A DNA stretch of 60,503 nt, the filler included, from Basidiobolus ranarum (taxonomy: Eukaryota): the NCBI GenBank assembly GCA_040143965.1. It is 2 parts of 2 records of this genome, joined end to end, with 100 filler letters (N's around TTAATTAATTAA, not from the genome) between each part and the next. Parts side by side here need not be neighbours in the genome. Positions count along the whole stretch, not along the records: positions 1 to 30,353 come from JASJQH010000100.1; positions 30,454 to 60,503 come from JASJQH010000101.1. One strand, written 5' to 3'. Below the pieces are notes generated by a model, which was given only the letters and a program-made list of their open reading frames with translations, was not told the DNA's origin and searched no databases. This document shows positions 23,106 to 33,400 of this stretch, one piece after another. The stretch's first letter is position 1, and every line of letters begins with the position of its first letter. The position numbers were made by a program, and so were the translations under genes.

Positions 23106-24782
23106 TTAGTTCTTACTAACAGACCAGATGGGTTGAATATCAACTGGTACGCTCTTCAACTTATCGAGAGCCTTGGCGGTATGATCCTTGATCACTCCAT
23201 AGGTATTCAAGAAAGTGGTGGCCTTGGCCTTGTCTCCCTCACCTTGAATAGTCATAATATCCTTGACAAGAGAAGCCACAGCCGCTTCAATCTTAGTGAA
23301 GTCAACACTGAATTTCTCAGTGGCAGTATCATACTTGAAACCACCCTTCTCGATGAGATAATTCAATTGGGCAGCTTGACCACGACCATGAGCCTCATTT
23401 AATCCGAAACGAATGGAACGGAAAGAGCTGGATAAGAAAGTGGTATAGAAGCTCTCCATGGTAATATTGGGGAAGAATCCCTTGCCAGAAAGATACTTGG
23501 CGGCGAAAAGACCGGTGATATCTGCCTTGGCTTCTTCTAAAGTAGAATGCAACTCTTGGAGCTTTGATCGGATGGGAACAGGGCTGCTACCAATGGTGAG
23601 ATGGGGTCCATTGGAGTGAGAAACTTCATGAAGAAGAACATGATTGAAGAATGCTTCGAATTGAACGTCTTTGAGTTGATCTTGTGCGATAACTGTATTA
23701 GCAATTGGTTTCAGAGTGCTCTCGAATTTTTGCTCCTGAACATTCTTAATAATCACCAATTTAGAACCACCCTTGGCGATGGCATCTTCATCATTGGGCA
23801 GGTTGTAAGCAGCAGTCATGGGCACTGCTACGTCACCACCATTGTACAGCTCATTAACGACAACAATAGGTGTAGCTTTGAGGTTCTTATTCTTGAAGTC
23901 ATCAGGGATAGGTAATTGAGCTTCAACATCAGGAAGAGAGTCTTCGAACTTTTGAAGAAGGCTAGAAGCTTGGAAATCACGAGCATGGATGAACATCTCA
24001 AAAGATGATTTGTAAGAGTTCAACCCATCGGTGTATGTTTCATAAGGACCCACGGTGACTTCTAATTTGCTCTCTGGGCTAATCTTCAACCAGGCTAATT
24101 CACTCTCAAGATATTCATTTGTGATGAAACTCTTTCCACGAAGGGAGAGGAATTGTTTCAGAGAGGCATCTTTCACCAAAAGGGCAGCCTCTTGCATGAG
24201 AATAGCTGCAGGGACAAGCAAATCTCTGTACTCTTTGGAGTAAGGGACAAGAGTCAACTTTCCTTGCTTGTTACGACGGACAACATGGTAGAATCCTTTA
24301 GCTTTCTTTTGGTCGGGAGCAGATAGAGTGGCGACCCAAGTCTCGAATTCTTCTTTGGTCATATCTTGAGGATAGAAATTACCGTTGGTCAAATGTTCAG
24401 GGACACCTTGAACGAAAGGTTCATTCTCGTTGATTCTGTCCCATGGGCCCTTGAAGAGATCGAATAATTGGAGTAATTCTTTGTCTTTCTTCTGGACTAA
24501 GCACTTGCGTAAGTTCTCATTTTGAGACCAAGCCTGACGAAGGTAAAGCTTATCCATGATTTGAGCAACCTTCTGAAGTTTGGTGATAGCAAGAATCTCT
24601 CTTTTGGAGAGAGCGGAAAGGTCGGCACCCAATTTCACAGGTTGGAAGCGAGCAACACGATCATGGATGCTAAGAGTACTGTTTGTAATGGCATCACAGT
24701 TGATCTTGGCCCCTTGATTATTGGGTGTGAAGGCAAGAGCAGAGGATAGAAGTAAAAGAGCGGAGAGGGCGATCTTGACCAT
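23106..24782 (-). CDS. Secreted peptidase family M49 (dipeptidyl peptidase III), HEXXH-type; intronless
   Basis: Signal-peptide-like MVKIALSALLLLSSALA. Motifs GPWDR, NFYPQDMTKEEF, VGPYETYTDGL, AYNLPNDE, zinc motif HEVSH, second motif LEEAKADITG, and RSIRFGLNEAHGRG. Confidence 0.88.
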   Translation of the reverse strand: MVKIALSALLLLSSALAFTPNNQGAKINCDAITNSTLSIHDRVARFQPVKLGADLSALSKREILAITKLQKVAQIMDKLYLRQAWSQNENLRKCLVQKKDKELLQLFDLFKGPWDRINENEPFVQGVPEHLTNGNFYPQDMTKEEFETWVATLSAPDQKKAKGFYHVVRRNKQGKLTLVPYSKEYRDLLVPAAILMQEAALLVKDASLKQFLSLRGKSFITNEYLESELAWLKISPESKLEVTVGPYETYTDGLNSYKSSFEMFIHARDFQASSLLQKFEDSLPDVEAQLPIPDDFKNKNLKATPIVVVNELYNGGDVAVPMTAAYNLPNDEDAIAKGGSKLVIIKNVQEQKFESTLKPIANTVIAQDQLKDVQFEAFFNHVLLHEVSHSNGPHLTIGSSPVPIRSKLQELHSTLEEAKADITGLFAAKYLSGKGFFPNITMESFYTTFLSSSFRSIRFGLNEAHGRGQAAQLNYLIEKGGFKYDTATEKFSVDFTKIEAAVASLVKDIMTIQGEGDKAKATTFLNTYGVIKDHTAKALDKLKSVPVDIQPIWSVSKN

Positions 24783-25925
24783 GATGTTGATGATTTGAAA
24801 GTTGTGATTAGGGTTAATCCAGTGGATGGTATATATAGAAATATTGGAAATCCATGTGAGTTCAGATACCATTTTTTACATAGATTCCCGAAACTCTTGA
24901 TCACCTGGTTTTCCAAGTTGTTCACACCATGTCGTACATGATTCTTGTTGTGTGGACGAGTAAAAAAGAGTCGTGAGAAAGATATTCTGCACCTGTCATT
25001 GTATCTACTTGATTTCTATATTTTGGGTGTGCTTCGTTATGATAAGTATCACAATCGGTACTCATCTGGAAGAGTTCACATGAGAGAATTGCGAAAAGTC
25101 TATATTAAGGCGATACTAGTAGAGATATGTGATCAGTAGGACAGCTTTGGAACGGAATATGGGACTATCATACATGTGCTGAAGAGAACCCGTCTTGCCG
25201 GATGCTCCAAATTTCTCACATTTGTCGGTCTTTCCCAGCTGGCAAAAAAAACTTCTTGCTCAACTCCCAAGCCAATTGGATCAATTAGATTGAAATAAGC
25301 TTTAAGTGTATATATATACTCACAGCTCCAATACTAATTACGCCTTTGGTATCATATATAATCTTTGTTGTCAAGTGACTCATCTATCTAGTGATATGCA
25401 CCGGATTTGATCCACGCTCTCAGGCAAAACGACTATTTCCCATTTCTGAGATTGATGGTGTCAATATTCTTATCGTGTGCTACTATAGTGATTTCGGCGA
25501 TCTATCGGCCGTAGAATGCCGACCTGAGTTTCATTTCAGCTTGATGACTAAGTTACGAAGTTCTATGGCATCATCCAATTAAGGTACCCAATTAGGGTAG
25601 CCTGGTGAGTGAGAATGTGTCATATTTGCCTGTTGAAGTAAATAGTTTATAGTGCATGTTTGAGGTTGTGCTCATTATAATGGGAAGGGGTATGTATCAG
25701 TATCCAAACTGACAGGAGGGGAATTGATTTTCGAGACTACTTCACAAATGATAAAGTAATAGAATGGTAACCAATAATTAGAAAACATCCAAAGAGAAAA
25801 ATAATAAAAATTCACATTATTCTACAACGTAAGAAAAAAAGGGGAAAGAAACAGATGCAAACACAAAAAATAATTGGTTTCTGCTCAAAAAAGTTCTGAT
25901 TCGAAAGGTTCTTGACTACATATCC

Positions 25926-28107
25926 TTACTGTGTCCCATCTCTATGTTCAAACTCTTCAGGGGATAAAAACTCGCTGGCAAAATGTGAGGGCAGCATCTG
26001 CCCTAACATACCATTGTTGAGTTCACTACTGTTGAGATGACTAGCGTGTTTAACATTTCCCATAAGGTACATGGAGTTTAAAGCAAGTGTCTCATCCAGT
26101 GAAGAAGAAAGTGAACCTGATACTCCAAGGCTAGATGGCATCATTTGTAGATCATACCTATGGTTTTGGTAAAGGTCGAGCGGGGAAGTCAACATAAGGG
26201 CTTCTGTTAATGGTATCTCCATGCCTGAGGGAGAGGTGGTGGTTGTCGAAAGTTGGGAAGTCAAATTGGTGTCATTGAAGTTGGATGAAACGATACTATT
26301 GTCAGTCGAAGTATTGTTATTTGGATTGAAGCTGTGTTTGGCGTAGCTGTTCATAGGTGATTCATTTTCGTTTTCGTTGATTGTCATCAAGCTATTATAC
26401 ATATCGGCAGAGAGTGAAGACTCCCGCGAAGACCCACTCAGATTCATCAAGTTAAGCATAGGGACGGAAACGGCTCGTCGGGTCATATAATCATCGACAG
26501 AAGCTCTTCTTGCGGCCAGTAAGCTCGAATTGTTAGCATCAAAATTGCTAGAGATAGATTTGTCAGGGAAAGATTGACGTCTTTGTGGAACCATCATTTG
26601 TGACATGTTTGAGGATGAACTCGACAGTGGCTCAATCCTGACGATCTTTTGTAGATTCATATCGGCTTGCATCAAAGTAACAATTTGTCGCTTTAGAGGC
26701 TGAGCGTGGCCTCGTATGATATGTCGAAAGAATCTGGAAGCTTGTTTTCCTTCCGTAAAATCACGACACGGTGTCCATATTGGATTACTACCGACCTTGA
26801 CTTCCATCGAGAATTCAGGAACTTGATTGATGTCGATGATGATCTGACCAAAGACTACGTCTAATGCTTTGTATTCAATACCCACCACAGAAGAAAAAGG
26901 AAACTCCATTTTGAAGCGACTACTATTGTCGGTAATTTGCCAGGACATCTTTTTGTCGTTCAGATTGAAGTAACAGAGCAAATCGTTCTTGGTGACAGCC
27001 ATGCGTCTCCAAGTACCAACTCCGAGAGTATCACATGCAAAAAGATGGGTGCCATCGGTGGGAGTTGTGTTTGGAGTAGTCGGTGCAGACATACTTCTCA
27101 TCATGGCGACTGTAAATTCATATTCCATTTAGAATACACAAGAGTTTAACATTTACAAACAAAAATTTAATCTTACCTGACTTGGCAACATTGGATTGCA
27201 TTAATAGTGAAGGAGAGCCATTAACTCCTGGGGTAGAGTTGGAATTCATGCTCATAGAGGCTGGATTATACTGGTATGAGTTTGGAGAAGCACTAGAGCT
27301 TAAGCACTGATTTCCAGTCATATCTACCATTGGTGTATACCCAGCACTACTATTGTTAGAATACATTCCACTCTGGCTAGGTCTCATATCGTTTCTGAAA
27401 GGATATACACCATTTGAAAACATTGGCATGCACGAATTGAAGTACTGCCTACTGATGGCTTCTTGCTGTAATAAATGTGACCGTTTTTGCATCAGCTTGA
27501 CTTTAGCCCTTCTGTTCTGAAACCATATTTGTATTGATCTTTCTGACATCTTGATACGTTCGGCAAGAGCTTCCCGAACTTTACTATTTGGTGAGGTATT
27601 TGTCATAAAAGCATCTTCCAAAATAGCCAGTTGCTCTGGTGACGCACGAGTGCGTTTCTTTGTAGAGTTGGACGAGGAGTTTTCCTTTCCGGATGTGTTT
27701 CCCTCATTAGTATCTTCTCTAGTTTGATCGATTGTTTCTTCAAATTCATCCTGGAAATCGGAGTGTGAGGAATGTTCTTCACTTCTTGAAGGATTTTCAC
27801 TGTCTTCAGAAGACTTAGTACCTTTTGGTGAACTCACTGATGGAGAGGCTTCAGATTTCGAATGCTTATCATCCTTGACTGAAACGGCGCCTGCGCCCAT
27901 ATTCAATATCCTGTTCCCTTCATACTCTTGAGAATAATGCGTGATAGAAGAGGAGTGTGTAAAGGGAAAGGTGGGGTTACCGAGATTCAAGAAATTTCCA
28001 GAAATTTCATTAAGATCAGGGTTTTGTGAGATGCTACCAGGTAGCATATTACGATGCTTTTTAGCTGGAGGTTCATCAGAATAATCAACTGAATAGTTTG
28101 AGAGCAT
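25926..28107 (-). CDS. Homeobox transcription factor of the HOY1/Phx1 type (homeodomain plus PH-like C-terminal domain); 2 exons
   Basis: Homeodomain KKRTRASPEQLAILE...MSERSIQIWFQNRRAKVK. Intron at about 27110-27176. Exon 2 has FACDTLGVGTWRR...DLLCYF...FKMEFPFSSV...PCRDFTEGKQAS. Confidence 0.9.
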
Positions 28108-30353
28108 TTCGCGATATTGAAAGGCAACACAAATACGAGTGGCAATGATTGAGGTATTACACGCAGATAAAGCCTCTAGCTTGATAGAAATAGTAAAAGC
28201 AGTAAAGGTGCTCAGATAGAAGTGCTCAAATAGAGGTGACCAATTACTTAAGCTACAGATATGGATAGTGCTATCTTGGCGATTTGATAAAACCAGAGAG
28301 AGATTCGTAGTTGTTTTATAGTTGTTAGATTATCCTGGCTCCTTGAAAGGAGCAAAGTCCATTGATGATTGATCCAGGGTCCATGATATGATCATCTCTG
28401 AAGCCAATCAAAAGAGATTGCAGGGAGTAGAACATACGCTGGATCATATTCATTAACGAGGAATTAATGAACAAATGGTCTTTATACAAGCCCAACTCAT
28501 GTCTTAGTAATTCCTCATAAATGCTCCAAAAACGACTAGATTACTTGTATCTAACCCCTTTCGCGCGCTTTTGTTATCATTGATGTAAGTAACCTGGATA
28601 TCTAGATTCAACGGTGAGAACGGAGAATAAATCATCCTTTATAGTACTGGTTTGTTCCAAGGGTAACTTGGATGTGACGACTGATAGACCTGACTCTATG
28701 CTTAGAACGAACTATGACAAGAAGGTCTAGAGCTTGGGACTTTTCTAAATGTGAATCGGCCGATAATAACCCCTTGTGAAATGATATATATGGTTGAAGA
28801 ACCCTTAGACATTCTTCAGGCTGTTGGCTCTTCCATTATAAATAACTATGAAGAAGGATAGATTACCTTCACGAATTTCTCTTTAGGGTGAGAATACTGG
28901 CATCCAAACCGGAAATGATTAAAATATGGCTGTACATGTATAGCTAGATGTATACGTAAATAAGGCGCAAAAGTGCTTTTAGAATGCTATGATGTTTACT
29001 TCGATAAAAGCATAAATGAATATGCAGAGTGTGTGCAGGTTGTGCATACGAAATATTGCACAACAGACTGTTTAGGATTCATACTGGACTCCGGAAAACA
29101 ACGATTGGAGTCTATACTGATCAAAGAAGCACAGGAGGTTAAACATACAAGCAATTAGATGATAACCATTCACTTCTAGAGCAACCAACTATCCCCTCTT
29201 TTTTGAATGGAGTACATGGGAGGCAGTTTGACATACACACCATTCCATCTTGTTTACACTTATCGGTTTTAGCAGCAATGCAGTGGTTTGGCCAAATACT
29301 GATATATGACATAGGATAAGGTATGAACAGTAGCTGAATATAAGAGTGAGTCAAGTCGTACATGATATATTTATAAGAATGAATCAAGCCATACATCTTC
29401 TTTGATCACGTTCGCTCGGCCAAGAGGGGTATTCATTAGCAAAAGAGGGGCCAGCACTGATGGGTTTGATATTGGAGGTATGGTTGATCAATGTGCTACT
29501 GTAATTTTGGAGTGTCATTGCTGTGAACTGAGTGAGCGGATGTTTCATAAACTACACGAGCCATATTTATCGCAATCTGCTAACCAATGAATCTAAATCC
29601 CGCTATCACACGAGAGAATATTGACACCAACTTAGAAGTTAGAAGATGCACTATTGGCCAAAACTAATTCATTTTTTTGCATGCATTTTTTCAAATAGAA
29701 ATATCTCATCATTTACTTCACATTTTAATGTGTATTTTTGAGAGTAAAGGGGGAGACAGTCACCAACAGGTGAAATCTTTATTTCAAACAAAACAAAGAA
29801 GCCATAACTACTTTTGTAGTTTCTTAATCAAAGTGTGAAGTTCTGGAGTATTGGTATGAATGTTGCAAAGTAGAAAAGTCAAGTCAGTAGAGTCTAAGAC
29901 ACTATTAAGTGGAGTAGGAGGGAGTAATAAAGGTAAAAATGGTTTGTCAACAATAGAAATAAGTGGAATGAGGCTAGGATTAACATAAAGCAAAAGGGAG
30001 TGTGTTTCTGAAGATATTGCTGCCAAAGGTCCACCAAGTATTCCTTGTAGGCAAGGGAGGGCTTCTCAGCTTGTTCTATAAAGGAAGCAAATTTCCTGAC
30101 TTCAGGATTGCCTAGCAGTATTCTCCAGCAAGAAGAAGGATCAGAGAAATGGAAACTCTCTAGGACATAATCCAAGGGTTCTGACTCTTGCAAATCCTGA
30201 TGAGCAGCCTAGTCTTCAGGTAGAGTATTCTAATACTGTATGGAAGTAATCCAACGGCTCCAAGAATGGCATGTCTGTAAGGGCACTCAGGCAGATGAGA
30301 AACTAGGGATGTGATACACCAAACTACAAATCTGTCAAGTTTGGTGAAGTCCC

Positions 30354-30453
30354 NNNNNNNNNNNNNNNNNNNNNNNNNNNNNNNNNNNNNNNNNNNNTTA
30401 ATTAATTAANNNNNNNNNNNNNNNNNNNNNNNNNNNNNNNNNNNNNNNNNNNN
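30354..30453. other. Scaffold gap: 44 N + TTAATTAATTAA + 44 N (artificial six-frame stop linker)
   Basis: N runs at 30354-30397 and 30410-30453 flank a palindromic TTAATTAATTAA at 30398-30409; total length is exactly 100 nt. Confidence 0.95.
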
Positions 30454-33400
30454 ATTGTTTCTTGCGTTTTTGGTTAACATCAAAGATGGAAGCAAAATTG
30501 CCCTCATTAGAATGCTCATTAAATACACCTGGGTTGTCAGGTTGTCCATTTGTATTTGGCTTCTCTGAATGTGACGACTTAACATCTCGCGAGAATTTCA
30601 AGAACACAGGGATTAATGCTGAAACCCCTTCCATCACAAGGCTTTTCAGCTGTGCATCCCTTTCAATAAACAGTGGTAAAAGATTTGGTAGAAGTTTCAT
30701 AAATTGTTCGGAGCGTAGGAGCTAGGGTCATAGGCTATCACTGTCATAAATAAACGAAACAAATCCTGGTAGGTGAATAGTTCATTCTTGCCCAAAATAG
30801 CGTGACGCATCCCGGCCCCGGCGGACATTGCCACTTTGTGAAGACCCATGATCTGAACCTCTGGTATAGTACTTGAGATTAGTTCTCCGTTGGGAGTTAA
30901 AGCAGATTGACCAATTCCCATTAAATCCGAAAGAGGAGGGTCCTCCAAGACACCAAACAGTTTAAACAGAGATTTTGCCATCAGGTCTCCTAGTTTGGAT
31001 GACTTGGTACGTGCTTTAAGAATCAAAGGGATAAGGCATCCTAGAGCTTGTAATATAAACGAGTCTTCATGAAGCGAATAAAACCTCATCCATGCATATT
31101 CTATACTTGATTGTACGGCCGGTGAATGCTGAGCTACAAAATATCCTTGAAATAGTGCCGGAACAAAGAGATGGTATCCCCGAGAAGAAGTAAACAGCCG
31201 CTTAAACGAGGCAGATACGTTGATGTATAAAACTAGGGCCTGAGTAACAAGGCCAAGGTCGTCGCCATGATATTTCAGCACACTGTTGACATCACTAAGT
31301 ATTCGTTCCAATTCCTCTCGGTCGTTAAAGTTATTGGGAAGAGCAAAAACAATAGTTTCCATGAAATGCATCCAAGCACGACACTGAAGGGCCGAGAGTA
31401 ATCTCAATTGACTGTTGGCTTTAAATGAGCTAAACGAATTAGTGGTATTCGGAACGCTTGGTCCATTTTGTGTATGGTTTAAGTCAGCCTCGCTGTTTAA
31501 CTCATCCCAATCGAATTCAAATATCCTATTCTCCCAAGGGATTGGGCTGAAGGATTGTACAACTCGATTAACGTTTATGGCTTCGCGAGGATAGCGTGAT
31601 ACGAAGTTAAACATAAAATGTATCTGGGCAATTCTCAGCATCGTCATTTGAAATGTACGCTTTGGGATTCCTGAGGGATAATTATGGGAGTCAGATGCAA
31701 GCTCCTCTACTGGTGATGTTGGAATAGACTCATCACCAGGCCAAAACTCGCTAGTCGGATTGAAGAACCATTCAATCTTGTTTTTTCGGAATTCACGTAT
31801 AGATAACTCATTACTTGACGAGATCAGCTCTGCAATTATAGGGAGAGCGTGGACAAACAAAGTGAGAGTGTGGGATCTGTTATCACGATGATGCCATTTC
31901 AGAAGTCCAGTAAGATAATTGAAAAGAATATAGGTAAAGGAAGGTGGGTGCATCTTCTGAAAAATGATCAAAGATCTAAGTTTACCAAGTAGTTCACATT
32001 GGTGACTAATCGACTGGGAACTTAAGCCTTCAAGATACTTCCGTAGAAATACACTAGGGTCATCTCTGGTAAAGTACGATATACAATCCCACATGGCCGT
32101 GTTTACTTCAACGCGCGGGTCGAATAACAGATCGATTGAATTGAATGACATGTTCTCCAGAATTGAAGAGACGACAACTGCGCGAGACTTGTGACTACCT
32201 TCCGCAATGGCTATTGAGTCAAGTTGATGGTCAAAGAACATTGTCGGTAACAGAGTTAAGGGATATATATTAATATCATCATTAGAATGACTTTCCTCTT
32301 TTTTCCACCCGAGTTCTTGAATTGTTTGAAGCTCTTTCCAAGACATATTATTAGTACTCAGTTCAGAAAGCCATGGGGAAATATTGGTGGTAAGGGTGGG
32401 TGAGCCTAAATCAGTGGAAACAAATGTAACCGTATGCCCAGCCGCCTTGAAAGGCTTTCGCCGATGCTGATCCGTGATGTAATGTTGTGAATATATGTGA
32501 CCTCTTTGATTAAAAAGGATGTACATTTTTCTGATCACATGAAGTTTGGTATGGCTATTGTGGAAGTTTTCATGAAAAATTCGACCCATGGCATCTGGTT
32601 CCTTTTCACCGCAATAGTTGAGTAAAAAAGCAATAAGCTCAAGTTTTGACTGGCGTGTATCTGTGATTCCTTGATTCCAAAGATAGTCCATCAGCGAAAG
32701 CAAATCGCTTTCCTGAAGACAGGTGTGAGTTGTTACGAGTAGCGACAAAATACTAATACTAAGATCGTATGAGGTTTTGGCTAGTCTGCTGTGTCGAAAC
32801 GATTTTCGAGGATTAGTGGTAGAATTGACTAATTTTGCGAGTACAACTGATGGGTTGTTTAATTGTGCAGCTACCGGAATATCCGCAGCGACCGGGCACC
32901 ACTCAGGAAGAGCCTTGCTTGCGTTAGGGAAAAAAGATCCACTCCCTGATACTTTTCTAGTATGAGGATTACTCTCGGTTTTATCTGAAACTGTTGCTTC
33001 ATATATCTCCTTGAACTTCGTTATGGTTAAGTCCATTTCACCATGCGTACTGAATGATATATCACTGGAATTTTTTCGGTGTGATGCAAGAGGATATAGA
33101 TCCGACTCTCGCAGCCAAATTATAACTCGTTGAAGCCAATTTGGACGCGTGGTGTGCTTACAAAACAATCTTATCTCTTTCAACAATTGACAATAGAGTA
33201 CTCTGAAAGGAATAGAGATGGCGATGTTTTGACTGGATTCCCAGGCCGCTAGGTATAGAGAAACTCTCTTCTCTATTTCAATAAGTAACTTGCGGCTTTG
33301 TCGATTTAAAAGGGGATCTGAAAGCATAAACGTTTTCGAAGCTTTCTTTAGATCTTGTAAAAACCATATGAATTCCTGAACTATAACAAGCTGTCCAAGA

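Noticed and set aside
21763-24782. Bacterial contamination as the explanation for CHAP and DPP III
   Set aside because: Both are interleaved with intron-containing genes with no gap nearby, carry TATA elements, and have host-like composition. Read-level confirmation is still advisable.
30398-30409. Palindromic TTAATTAATTAA inside the N run
   Set aside because: It is a symmetric artificial contig-joining linker with stops in all six frames, not biology.
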